The notes under the pieces were generated by a model. It worked only from the letters and a program-made list of their open reading frames with translations, was not told the origin of the DNA and did not search any database. A stretch of DNA of 64,000 nucleotides, taken from contig CM120645.1 in assembly GCA_051362555.1 (NCBI GenBank), positions 10,602,001 to 10,666,000 on the forward strand, written 5' to 3'. The position numbers were made by a program, and so were the translations under genes. Positions 1 to 13,688 of this stretch are shown in pieces; the stretch's first letter is position 1; every line of letters begins with the position of its first letter. This DNA comes from Lingula anatina (Eukaryota; Animalia; Brachiopoda).

Positions 1-498
1 TGTACGGAATTTCCAAACAAAAGGACCATTGTTCGGTTTTTCCATTTGCCATTAATCAAATTGAAAGGAAACTGGTTTCACCGGGTACCATATACCAATC
101 GAATATTCACAGTCAGGCTACCTATACATACACTGTGAAGCGATAATTTAAGATTTTTTTTTAGTCTTCCCGAATACCTTTGACACTGTGATATTAAAGC
201 ATTCAGTGGTTAACAAAGCGACGTATAGTCACAAGCGCCTTGAACGAACTTCTAATATAGTTCATATGCCCATAAACAACGGATACGTCTCTTACGTACG
301 ACCATCAGGGCCTATTAAGGCGTTGCACAAGATCAATGTACTGAGTTGATATCGTGTTTTAAGTTTTTAGAGTAAACTGTCTAATTTTATGGTTATTAAT
401 GAAATATGACAATACTTGCACAAATATACTAGGGTTAAGTCGCTTTTGCATGTTTTTTTTTAATTGCAATGCTTTCAACTTCATATGCTTTTACGCAG

Positions 499-3400
499 AC
501 GATGCCGAGGATGACTCGGATGAAGACTATGACGACCCGGATGCAGACGTGTTTGTATGGAGGGCGATGGGGTCCAGCTCGGACATGCAGCACATGCAAG
601 GTAACTTATTTCTTATCTGTGGTGTCGAAGCAGGGTACCTCATATTGAATAACTCTGTCGCACTCACGCTCGCGAGCACACATACACACACACTCACGCA
701 AAGTCATGCATACACACGCATGCACACACAAACACACACACACACACATTTAATCTGGAGGTAAGACTGGACTGTACGGGTTGGTCTTTACACCCTGGAG
801 TACCTACGTGAGTTGATATATTGCTTACTGCCCAGTTTCTACAGTATATCCGCTACCATCTATAAAGGTTTAGTTATGAATTTTCCATCTGGTCATTAGT
901 ACATATGCACCCATGAACAGACACATTTTGTTCATTGTCATGGTACGCGTATGTGTGCAAGTGGTTTCACACCGTGGTTGGTATCTCATCCCCGTTATTC
1001 ACCATCTGTTTTGCTTCAGATCACTACGAAGCTATCATGCAAGACATTGCCTACGAGGCCGCAGAAGTCACAGCGGGCAGAAGAGACGTCCCTCCCCGAC
1101 TTCACTCAAAATACGCTGGCTGGGAGAGGCGAATGCAATACGATCAGAACGCCGAACAACAACGTCCATCGGACGGCAGGAAGAAACGAAGGTCCAAAGG
1201 ACGAAAACGACCGAAAAATGCAAAGCCGAGTGGTGCGCTGGACGGGTCACAAGAAGGCGAAGGTTTGCTTGTAGAGAAGTATGCAGACCCCACCTGCGAT
1301 GATTCGTACGACTGGAGCAACGATTCATTTTACTCCTTTACCAGCGACGACCTGGGGGAACCCGGTTCCAGCAGGACAAAAGCGTCCGGCCCGATGGAAT
1401 ATTACGATTCTGGAGAAGACGAATATGAAGACCGACAGCAGTCTGGGGCAGCGGGGAGGGTCACTGCGGAGAAAGAGAAACATCGGGTGGCTGGCAAAAA
1501 GAACCGCGACCGCGATGAATCTATCAAACAAAAACAGTCTCATCGTACCCAAGACCAAACTTACATGCATAGAGACAAGGGTGCGATTAAGTCGAGGCAG
1601 GATTCTGGTGGCTTTGAAAGCAAAATAATAGTCCAGGACACATCTGGGGGATACGAACAACAAGGTGCTGACGGTGTCCAAGGTGTCGGTTCAAAGCGTC
1701 CATCTCACTTGGCGTCGCCTGTCCGACAGGCCAAGCAGCACGTGAGTCGTATAACGGCAGACCTAAGCGACAGGTCTGTAGTGTCCCCAAGGAACACGAA
1801 GAGCAGATTACAGATCCTTAATCCGGCGGTCAAGAACAGGACAGGCCAACCCAGTACAAGGCAAGGCAAGCTGGAGGCGCCGCGTTTTGCTGTTGATCAA
1901 TCGGGTATGTTTCAATGTAGACACGCGCATGAGTGAATAACACCAATATCCGATAAATTTTAAGCTAAGCCTGACCTCTGTACTTTTGGTGATTTACCAT
2001 GCAAAAATGTAATTAAATAACTGATCCCAACAATGTGGTATAAATTTCAATTGTGGTAGCATGTATTACATGGATTTGTTTTTACCGCTGCCACATTTGT
2101 TTTGAACACACTCTATTAAAACTCAATGTCTTTAACCATCAGGTTACTCCTTAGATGACCAGTCCTCACAACTGGACACCGTGACCGGTCCGGCTCAGGT
2201 GGAGATCGATATTGATGTGCAGAGTGTCCAAGAGACCCACTACCGTCCGGCTAAGGCATTGAAACGGCAAGAAAGTGTAGCAGTCAGGCAGGAGAAAATC
2301 ACACACAAGTAAGCCGCCAGACATTCATCCGCGGCCTGTACGATGTTTGATTCACCGTGTAATATATATGTATAAAATAAAGGAAAACTTTAAGTTTTAA
2401 TTTGTTTACTAATTGAATACATGCACCGTTACTTTGCATGGTCAGAAGTTTAAATTTACGTACTAAATACATATATAAAAATTTACAAATATACATGACT
2501 TACTATTCGAGGCAACTACTGGCTTACATTTAATATAACGTAGTAACAGGAAGGTCCGAAGGTTTTATAATGTAATTTAATTAAGGTATTGACGGTGGTG
2601 TTTGCAATCTTTCTAAGAAAATCACATGAATACTGCAAGATATATGATTAAAATGTAATTCACTTGTGCTTTCAGTAGTCGCAAAGCGGACTTAGAAGCA
2701 GGCGGGTCATTGAAAAAAGACGCAAAAGCAGGTAAGTTTTCATTATGGTAGATGTAAAGAAATTTTATTAATATAATTTTGTTAATATCAGAAATGATGT
2801 TACAATGTTTCCTTTTGATCTACGACTATTTTCACGTGTCCACAGGGTTTACGTGTATAACCTCATCTTAGGTGTTCAGGGACGTAGGCCGATTTGGGGG
2901 GGGGGGGGGGGATAGGCAATGGAGCAACCCCTTCAGATTTCTTAAAGAGACCTTTAAACTGTAAAGCTATTCCTTTTTTCCCCAGTCCATCAGAGGGCTT
3001 TTTAAGGAAGTGCCCAGTTGACCACTACAAGCGGTACAAATAACCTGCTTTTAAATAAATAAAAAACATACAAACAAACACATAAATTTTAGAATAAAAG
3101 TATTCGTTAGCCTCCAACAGTCCACATAACATAATGTAACCTGAGGAGGTATCGAAATAAAGATTTGCTAAATCAGTAGAGAAGCGTCGTCATCAGGATA
3201 CAGCGAGACAAGCTTAACTCGTTGACCCCTGTTTTGCCATTCAACATGCGAATACTAGATTGCATAAACAGCACTTTATGAAGTAATTTCCTCCGGGGAA
3301 ATAAGCAATTTATTAGACGTGTGGCGAGAATTGACCATCCGCCCAATGTCATTACTTGATTATTTTGTTTGAACTCGTGTCCTGTACATGTACGTAGGTG

Positions 3401-6400
3401 AGAAGATTGCCAGCATTGTCTTTTACTGAATGAAAAAGAGGATTAATACAATCATATTCTTAGGCCCTCTTCAAGTACATACATATTTGACCCTTACATA
3501 TCTTCTTGCTTAAGAGTTTCGTAAAAGAGAGAAGCATATACTATTTTGTCTTTCGTTGTCTGCATCATGAATATTTTAGCAGCTTGGATAACATGAATGG
3601 AATCGAAACCAAACTTTGCTCGATCTCGAGGGAACATGACACGATCCCCATTATATGACATTTATATTTACTTTATATCGAGTGTCAAAAGTTCGATATT
3701 TTTCTAAATACGCGGATAATGCTTTCGTTGGGATTAATTTAGCATCATATATATGTAGTAATCGCAGAACCAGAAGACCCCTCATTTAGTTTCTGATTAG
3801 ATGACCCCCCCCCACCCCTTCAAAATAAATAAATAAATAAATAAACAAATGGACAAATAAAGTCAAGCAAAAAGAGACTAAATCAAGGAACTAGAGCCCC
3901 ACATATGGTTGGTAAAAGCTATCTTCTGTTTTTTCTGTCTCAAGGGCGCTGGGCATTTTGTGTATCCTTCCTGCACTCGTTCCCCCTCTTTAGCAAACTC
4001 CTTGAACCCCCTCTATTCCGCTACAAATATGAAATATACGAATTGTAATTTAGCATGTTGCATAGTATGATTGCACCGCATTGTATTTGAATCGCATCAT
4101 ATTTTTCTGTTGAACAATGAAGTCTTTGCAATTTTCTGCAGTATTATTTGATGTAAATAGCCATCCACATATAGTAAAAAAAAAAGCCAGAAAATATCAA
4201 AGCTTGAAACATGATTGATTTATTGATCGATTTGGTAATTATACTAGAGCTTTCATCTACAAAGTTGCAAAGCCTTGGCTTTAATCTTCCAATTAGCTAG
4301 CGTGACATTTACCCAGATGAATTATTTATTGGCAATTACTATATGATAATCTCCAGACTGGGGTGTCAATTACAACGTGAATTCGTTTCTCTTGACCAGC
4401 CTCAAGCCGGTTATCATCTGCTTTGGAAAACAAAAGAAGAAAAGAAATTGTATATAAATCTATCGTTGGGTGTAAGGAGCCCTTTGCCCCGGTACCTCTT
4501 CAACCGTGTTTATATACATGCAGAGCCCGTATAAGGTGTGAGGAGGAAGGGAATCTATTAATATTTAGTATTTATTAGTATTTGAGTAACATAGGCCAAA
4601 CCGGTCCAACTGCGCTTGGTTTTCAATATGAAGGCGAAAATAAGATATTATCACATGTGTTACATGTAAATTTTATTAGATACCATTGTTGATAATTAAA
4701 CAAAAAAAATAGAATATGATACGACACGCCACCATCTACTTCAACTGATCTAATGACCGTGACCCATTATTTATTTATCACTTTTATTATTATTTTTTTT
4801 ATTATTATAATTATTATTTTATTTATTTATTTTATTTTTTTTTTTTTTGGAGGGGGAGTCAAAAGTCTTTTGTCAAGTTTCTGCATACTGTATATCGTTA
4901 TAATGTATCATTTCTTTTTCTAAAATATGTCAGTGAATCCATAAAATAATACTTTAAACTAGTGGTCTAACACCGATATGTCATTAAGTAGGCGCTGTTA
5001 ATCTGCAGCAGTATCTAATCCAGTGGGTCTATCGTCAGAGAGGCTATCTGAGCTGTCATTCAATTGTCACTATGGTACATGGACTGTCCGAGCCTTTATC
5101 CACAGGGCACATTATTACACATGCGCACTCGCGTTCACACTCGCGCATTTCATTTTCATTGACGATTAAACCAAAGCCATCCCTCTCTCATCATGATAGG
5201 ACTTACATTGGTGGCTGGACATTTTCAAGCCATGGACGCAGTGGCACTAAATGGACACTTCTACCTCCCAATCTTCCTTGTATTTACTGCACTCAGCGAC
5301 CACAAATTGGACGGCATAAGATTTGTTGTACCTCAAAGCGGTGGCGATTCCTATTCAGCTGGGCTATTTCTAACCAAAGAAATTGGAGTGCCATCAAATA
5401 TGCTGGCCAGCGTTCGCTTCACCAAATTTGACCTTGAGCTCTCCGACGGATGCGACAAAGATTACATGGTGATTACTTCGCGCAAAACACCGTTTTCTAA
5501 CAGCATAGCTAGAACTATATATACTCTCTGGGGATCTGTATGTGGCACGCATTCGTATCTCGAACCCAGTATTCTTAATGTTCAACTTTACTTGAACGCT
5601 TCAGTTGAACTTATATTCAGTAGCGACCTAGATGTACATGCAGCAGGGTTGGAGGCTGACATAGACGTGGTGTTCGATAATGAAGATCGCGAATTGGCGT
5701 GTGCGCACGTGGTGACGTCACCATATGAAGGGTGGATCCGAGTCCACCGTGCTTATTCTACGGCGGGATGCAAGTTTTATCTGACCGCTCCTGCAGAATA
5801 TGTCCTGCAAGTCCGACTTGATAAAGGACATGGTGTCCTCTGCGGTTCATTTATATTTTATGACGTGACGGAATTTAATGAAGTGAGGTTACATTCCCAT
5901 GCCATGAATAGTTCTAGGCAATTTTTATCCCTTCTTGGAAATTACGACCAAATGAGCATTGAATGGGTACCATGCGCCGCCGCACTACAAGACGACGTAC
6001 GTGTCGAATACAAAGCCATTCCCCGTAAAATGGTGGAACCATTTTCATGCGACCAAGAGTACAACCTTTTTGAGGGGAGCTGTTATCGGTTAAGGAATCA
6101 TGATCGGCCAGTCACGTGGTCTGAAGCTGAGACCGAGTGTGCGAGAGATTCAGGCCATCTTGTCAGCATACAGACACGGCGAGAAGCTCGCTTCCTGGGC
6201 CGATTACTTAATAGATTTGAAATTTTGTATCATCAGGATGTATGTTCTAATTTCTACTGCACCAGTGCAATCTACATAGGGCTTAAATATACAAACCAGG
6301 TAAGCTTTTTTCATATTTAACGTTTTGAACAGTGAAGACAGTATAACCTTACAAGCACAATGCCTTTTAAAGTATTGCAACGTTCTTACTAGCAGATTTT

Positions 6401-9400
6401 GATACTAAAAATCCTCTATCAGCATACTTCATAGTAAAGCACAAGCAATAAAACGCTTGATAATAAAGAACATAAAATTTAGATAATACAGTTATGGAAT
6501 ATATTCAATGAAGTGGGTTATAAATTGTTTCGTTCAAATATTAGTGTTTTTGAAGCCAATATATATGACATCAATGTAAGCACAAGATCGATTATTAACG
6601 ACTGCATGCTTCGTGAAACGGGCCCCAGAATCGTTAGATAACCAAAAGCAACCCCTTGAACTCTGTGTTACCCGCGGGCAGCGCCCTGGGACAACCTTAT
6701 CTGTGCAATAAAGCGCATTCATATTGGTGTGCGTGTGTTTCGGTTGATGTGTGAGCGTGTATGTGTGCGCGTGTGTTTATGTATGCGTCCGTGTGTGCGT
6801 GCGTAGGCTTGCGTGAGTCTGCGCTCGCTCCCTCGCGCACACGTGTGTGTATGTGCGTCTCCCTCTTTGGGATAGTTGCATCTCCACCTCTCTTCTCAAT
6901 ATTTCTTTCTTTCAAATTTAATTCCAGGTATATAACTGGACGGACGGAGGAGCTTTCGTTTACAGTGAATGGTATGGCCCAAAGATTTATGGATTCAACT
7001 CCTATAAGATTCCTTTTTTACTGGAATCAATTGTTTCGGAGGAAGTACTGCAACCGGCTCAGGGCGCCGAACGTGATTGCACTATTATGATGGCGTTTCT
7101 ATCATGCCCAAATTTGTCTCACGACAAAACACGCTGGGGTAACTGGGTTAAAGTCCCTTGTCACCAGCCAATATGCTGTATGACCGCCATCTGTGAGAAG
7201 CCTGCAGCCCCGGTCACAAAAACAGATTCAAGTACAGGCATTTCCAAATCTTTTCTGGCAAAAGGCATAACATCATACCGGTATACACACAATGAAACGT
7301 TCTGTCCAGAAAGTTGGGTGTACATAGCAGGGCGCTGTTTGTTTCTTTACACCTTGGCCCAGATTGAAGCCTTTTTGAGGGTTGGCAGCAGAACTACGTA
7401 TGTCTCACATTACCATCCACGATATTGGCGCTTACCGGCCGGCAGCAACCTCACCTATAGCGCCGCTGTAGAGGCATGCAGGTCTCTGAACGGAGATTTA
7501 GCCGTCTTTAACGAAACTTTAGACAAGAACCAAGATATTCTTCAGTATATCAGCATTTGGGGCAAAGAACTCTCTTGGATATCGCCAAGTACACGGAAAT
7601 TATACGGTTCCAGATTGCTCTCAGGTATCTCAGCAGTGTGGGTGAGATCCCAAGAGAACCAATGCAGAAGGCTTATATATGTTAACCATTCATTCATAAA
7701 CGATGAGGACGGTTTATGCCAGCATCCCGACCACAGTGAGTCACTCTTGGCTCTTTGTGAGACAGATCCGAAACAGAGCGTTGTCAACTGCTCACAACAC
7801 CAATACAGGTGTCAAGATGGCAGTTGTATATCTACTGTTAATGTGTGTGATGGAACCTCAGACTGTGCCAAAGGGGAAGATGAGAAGAACTGTACTTGTG
7901 GACAACACACCTACCAGTGTTCCGATGGTACGTGTATCCCAATTAGTAAAGTATGTAACCATGTCAACGACTGTCCCAATGGTACAGACGACGAGAATTT
8001 TTGTGTCTATCCACCTTGTAATACTGACCAGTACAGATGTGAAAATGGGCAGTGCATTAGTGGGGAAGAAATGTGCAACTTTTTCAAAGACTGTTTGGAT
8101 GGCTCCGACGAAATTCCCAAAGTTTCGTGCACATGCGAGAAAAATACAAAGTGTTACTCAGGCAAGTGTCTAGCTCCTCAAAAGATAGATGACCGCTATC
8201 CGGACTGTTATGGAGTGACACAGGAGGACGAGCCACTTTCAGTGATACCAACCATTAAGCGCAAGTCCTCAAATTGTCAAGATGGTACTTGGCAGACCAT
8301 TATAGTTCTGCCGTATTGTGTGAAGACGAATAAAATGAGATGCACGAAGGAACACGTCCGGTGTGTTGATCGGCAGCTGGCATGCGTTCACGATAAACTG
8401 AAACACGAACGATTTGAGACTTGCAGGGGATTTGAACATTTGCAAAACTGCGCCAGATTTCAGTGTCCACACATGTACAAGTGCCCTGGCTCGTTTTGTG
8501 TCCCACTTCGACAGGTGTGCGACGGGGAGAAGGACTGTCCACGGGGAGAGGACGAGGCTGTTTGCGACAATCACACGTGCCCCAATGGTTTCAGGTGCAA
8601 AGGAGAGACCCAGTGTCTGCACCAGAGCGAGGTATGCAACGGTGTGGTCAACTGCAAATTTTCTGATGACGACGAAAGGTTCTGTGAAATAAAGACATGC
8701 CCCATGAACTGCGTCTGTAACGGGCATTACGTTGACTGTACTGGAGGTAATGCGTCCGAGATACCAAGCATATCAACATATACCAGAAGTCTTGCTTTTG
8801 GGGACAACAGACTCCATTTAGCAAACGAAACGTTCCAAGGATATTTCATGCTCTTAAAACTAAATATCAGTTCGAACGGAATAGACTTTATTCCTAACCG
8901 GACATTTATTCATTTAAATAACTTGTTAGAGTTAGACCTACGGCATAACAAATTTTCATCCCTGCAGGCAAATACCTTCAATGGCTTGACAAATTTGAAT
9001 GTCCTTTTGCTAAGTGGAAACCCATTAACTGAAATTTCCCCCGGGGCATTCGATGGCGTTTCTAAGCTACGTGCACTAGATCTTAGTAACCTTCAAATCA
9101 AGGCCGTCCATGCAAACACGTTTCAAGGTTTAGTCTCTTTAAAGTATTAGAACGTAAGTTATAACAAAATTGCCGTTTTAAAAGATGGCGCTTTCCAAGG
9201 CTTGTCCTATTTGGATACAGTTGATATGTCTGGAAATGAAGGCATCTTTGTCGAAACTGGCGTTTTCCTTTCTTTTTCTGCTAACTCATTAAAGACGGAC
9301 AGGTTTGGTATCTGTTGTCTCGCTGTTGGCAAGGTAAATGAATGTTTACCTAAACCTGACGAATTTTCCTCGTGCTCCGAACTGCTTTACGATAAGTTCT

Positions 9401-12400
9401 TACAGGTCTCTGTCTGGGTCGTAGGAATTCTAAGTTTGGTTGGGAATGTTTTCGTTTTTGTAAGCAGACTCAGAAAACAAAAAATGACCCCTCCGATATT
9501 TTTTATAGTTAATCTGGCAGTTTCTGATTGCCTAATGGGTGTGTATTTGATCATCATCGGTTCGATGGACACCCTGTACCGTGGGGAATACTTTGTTTAC
9601 GCTGAGGTCTGGACAGACAGTGTGTTATGCAAGACCGCAGGATTCCTTTCCATGCTTTCAACATTGATGTCTATGCTGATATTGGTTCTGATTACAACTG
9701 ATAGAATGATAGCCATTGTTTTCTGTATGTCGTGCCGCAAACTAGGGATGAAAAGAGCGTCCGTTTTAGTGACAGTTGGGTGGGCTTTTTGCTTTATTAC
9801 AAGCGTCATTCCTTGTTTCGAAAGTGGATATTTTGACAAATTCTACGGTCATAATTCTGTGTGTATACCATTTACGATAAGCAGAGTATACTTTGGTGGT
9901 CGTGAGTATGCCTACGCCATGTTTTTGTTTACCGCTCTTATCGCTTTTGTGTACGTTACAGGGGCATATATATGCATTATTAAAAGCGTCTTTGAAACCC
10001 ATCAGAAATCTGGACGTGAGGGTTCTGATGAAGTTACTCTTCTGAAAAAAGTATCTGTCATTTTACTAACGGATTTTGTATGCTGGGGACCAGTGACCTT
10101 GCTAGGGTTTCTAAGTATGGCTAACGTGCCAATTCCACCGCAGGTGTCAAGCTGGGTAGCCGTATTCGTGATGCCGTTCAACTCTGCGATCAACCCTTAT
10201 TTGTACACTCTTGCCAACGTTAAATTTTGCGGTAAGAAAGAACAACAATCACTGACACCTAAAACTTCTCTAAATAGATCTAATAATCAAAACCAAAGCA
10301 ACAAAAGCGTAAATGCCTGAACTGACGTGCTTTGTCAGCAAGGTTCTTACAGTGCAGCGTTCAACTGTAACGAACTAAGGTTTCAGTAAGGGAAAAACGC
10401 AGGGAGTAAAGGATAGGATCTGGTGATCCATTTGTTTTTATTTTTTAATGTTCAGTATATATTACGTTTTCCAACACAAACATTTAGTTGAGGCTTTATG
10501 TAGTCCAAGCATTTTACCGACTGTTTAAGGTATCATTTTTAAAATCATGAATGTGAAAAAATTATTTATGGATTTTTGGATGTTTTCATATTATAAAGTC
10601 AGTCTTCTTGATCTGTAATGGTTCATTTGTAATATTTTATTTTCTATAGGTTTCCGATTTGCGCCTTTTGAGTAGTTTGCTTTATTATGGATTTTTTATG
10701 TTGTATGGAATCGTTTGTAAGTTGGCCTTTTTATCCTGCCAGTGGCCTTTTTATCCTGCCAATATAATCAGAACGTGGTTCACAAGAACACGTGGAAAGA
10801 AAAGACATGATGAGGATGCGTATGCAGTGAGAGAATACGTAGCCTGGGAACAACATCGACCTCTATTTTATTGTTTCTGATGGTTTATATATACGTATTA
10901 ATTTATATAAATGTTATTGTGGATGAAGAAACATGGAACAGATGGAAGTGTTAACCATGCACCCAAAACATATGCCATGTGCCAGGGAGGGCTGTCAGTT
11001 TAGACATAGTGTTGTCCCTGCTTTGAGTCGGATACCTATAGGTTTGCCTATTGTATTCAACATTTATTTCCTGCATCATAGACTACAGGTATGTATATGT
11101 ATGATCGGTATATACATTATATTTGTATGTTACATAAATTATCTGGAATAAATGATATCATCTACCATCCCTTTTCATTATAATTGATCAATTGGTAAAA
11201 TGGCCGCTAATTAGTTGACCGAAAAATAAGGAATGACGCCCAGATAGCCATTAGTGCAATGAAGACCAAAAGCTGCAAACGCTGTTGAGTACAGGTCATT
11301 CGCGAAAGTCTAAAGGTTTTTATCTCTACAAGCAGTCAAACGAGATGACCCTTGGTTGGAATTTTTTACGTGAACCTCTAAAAACAACCCTGTCTTATAA
11401 TAATATAACAACCCTCTTCTCACTTGCTTTTCCACTCCCACAATATGAAATTACGATGAGCGCATTTTACAATCCTATTGGTCTTGCCAATAAAATGGAC
11501 GAGGACCGTAGTTGACCCTCCTTCCCCGCTGGAGATTGTTGACCAATAATTTGTTTTGGGGTTTGTCTAATACAAACATCTATGATTAATTGTACACAGA
11601 AGATGTCTTGATATTTTTGTAGTTGTGGCGTGCGGTGTACTAAAAAGCCAAATTCATTCTGTCAGATACAAATAACAAGGCCGTCCTTCAGCTCCCTGGC
11701 CAGTCAAGGGGTACTTCAGTGGCCACACGTACTGTCCCTCTCAAGAACAGGTACTCTCTTTCTGAGGCGCCCGTTGAGGCGGATATCCCAACAAAGAAAA
11801 CGACGAGCACCTTGAATGCTTCCGGCAGCGCCCGTGGAACGGGAAGGACCCAGAGCGTCATGAAAACTGCTTCCAAAATGAGCTCAGAGAGCCAAACGGG
11901 AAGGACCGCCAGCGGGTTGAAAAGCGTCTCGAATGTTAGCACCACTCAAGGTACGTCGGCAGTAAATCTTCATGAAAGCCTTTTCAGTTCCGTTTTTACA
12001 ATCTCTCCTTACAATATAGCTTCGTCTATGAAGCAAGACCGATCCAAGGTGTTCAGAAGCATTTGTAACAACAAACAAATGCCAGGTATGACTGGAGCTA
12101 TTTAGACTGGCTAACATGAAACTGATAATGACAATGTCGATTAACCTTTAAGAAAATATAAGACAAACTGTACTAAGGGTACTTTTGCGGTAAATAAGAC
12201 AGCAAACATTTTCGCGTAATCTGCTTTTGTAACTTTTATTCTAACATATTTTAAACTTCCGCCAGTTCTCACTGCGTTAAGTCCAGGTTCTGTGTTTTTC
12301 TAACTATTCATTATTGATTCAACTTGGAGTTCCCAAATATTTCATGGACCCTATTTACCTTCAGCTTGGAAACCCCCATCTAGGGGCGTGGACATGGTAC

Positions 12401-13688
12401 CTCCACGTGGCATTGGAGGGGCGGCCACACTGAAGCAGACCACTGGGAGCGTCCAGCCGTCAGGTGCTCCAACCACACCTTTAAAACAAAGAAACTTACT
12501 GCCCGATGTGGTCAGCACAGTGGCCATTAAACCGCCGAAGGTGATCCCGCCGAAGGTGATCCCTTCTGTGACAACTTCTAGCAAAAGAGAGGCACAGTCA
12601 CGTGTAAGTCCATGTTTCGATATGGGTTTCTTAAGGGTGCCTATATTTATTAATTTGATAAATTATAAAAAATTAAACATAGTCCTCATAGTCTCATTTG
12701 TGTCTGATGTCACCCTTGGGCAAGCTGTTGAATATGCTATATAGTTTTCTTTTTTAATGGCCCGGTAACGTTTATTAATGAGTATATGCTAGATATTAAT
12801 TTTGAACAGTTCGAAAAAGCGATGGCAATGTTTTTTAAATGGATTAAAACTAACAATAATACTACAATTAGTATAAGAAACTCCATTGCGCGCTTAATTA
12901 TGCAGGAGTCATCACCGGAAACGGAAGTGAGTAGTTGTAGCAGCGCCTTGTCTTCTGTCACTTACTGTTCAACCATCGAGAGCGATACTTCCCGACATTT
13001 CCTCCCAAACCTTGACAGCCTTGGCGGCGAGATGTCCATATTGGCCTTCACTCCTGCGTACGGGTTCTCGTTCTTTCCGCTTCTGGGCCCCCAAAAGATT
13101 TACAACGACAGTTTGCTATGCAACAGCAAACAGCTGTCAAAGCTATGCAGAGACAGGTCATCGGTGAAGAGGTCCAAGGTGAAAGGCCGAAAGGGGGCGG
13201 CAATCGATGCAGAAAAACAAGCAAAAAGCAACCGAACCAGCGAAACGTTACATCTTTCTAAGAAAATGCAGAGAAGAGCGTCAAATCCGAATCCTATCAC
13301 CAGATTTCTAAAGAAGCGCGAGCCCAAAGTTCGCTCTGCGCCGAAGCCGCGTGACGTCAGCACAATGAAGCCCCAGCTGTCGGCGCTGTACGAGGAAATG
13401 AGTGAACAGCGCGTTGTTCACTCGAGTGAACCGCGCTTACTGACGAAAACATCCTCTCACGAAATCGAGTCGAAAAATTTGGATGCTTCCAAGTTACCTG
13501 CTGTCGAGATTCCGGCCACATCCGAAAAATACGTGTCTGAGAGCTCAGATATTAAAAACAGTGGAACCAAACGAGAAGAAGAAACTAACAGCCTCGAACC
13601 GTGCACCTCCGCCAACCAAGAATCCAGGCTAAGCGTTGTGTTAGATAGATGGGAAAATCCACAGGCGAATCAGAGAGAGGATATATAG
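499..13688 (+). CDS. Uncharacterized low-complexity/disordered protein, 5'-partial multi-exon gene (probable host of the nested GPCR)
   Basis: GT-AG bounded, phase-compatible open exons: 499-600, 1020-1904, 2143-2308 (alternative acceptor 2155), 2676-2731, 11666-11950, 12365-12603, 12906-13688 (TAG). The product is S/K/R/D/E/T-rich with no domain I recognise. The 2731->11666 join rests on phase (1->1) and composition only. Confidence 0.65.
677..748. repeat. Imperfect (CA)n microsatellite
   Basis: CA-rich run in an intron. Confidence 0.85.
5193..10320 (+). CDS. GRL101-like LRR-containing GPCR (CUB + C-type lectin + ~7 LDLa + LRR + 7TM), interrupted by one in-frame TAG at 9148-9150
   Basis: Exon 1 5193(or ATG 5232)-6299 (CAG|gtaag); exon 2 6928-10320 (ttccag|GTA); phase 0. 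CUB motifs (FTKFDLE..CDKDYM, CG, FSSD); CTL motifs (CY..TWSEAETEC..HLVSI, YIGL, WTDG); LDLa repeats (CDGTSDCAKGEDE etc.); LRRNT CPMNCVC; LRRs; hinge CC...DEFSSC; 7TM with NLAVSD, DRM, DFVCWGP, PFNSAINPYLYT. ORFs 7087 and 9202 are in the same frame. About 1,500 codons if read through. Confidence 0.9.
6728..6858. repeat. Degenerate (GT)/(GCGT)n microsatellite in the GPCR intron
   Basis: GT/GC dinucleotide-rich run. Confidence 0.75.

Noticed and set aside
2877-2960. G/C-run MITE-like fragments (also ~19050-19210, ~20060-20150, ~30400-30550)
   Set aside because: They resemble the MITE families, but I could not define both TIRs and a TSD.
9148-9150. Selenocysteine or pyrrolysine recoding
   Set aside because: The codon is TAG, not TGA, at an LRR leucine position; pyrrolysine is not known in animals; other genes here use TAG as a stop.
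7542-10193. Alternative-frame and antisense ORFs over the GPCR (likewise over the TRP, nested-gene and sulfotransferase CDSs)
   Set aside because: Shadow ORFs of real coding sequence with no independent signal.
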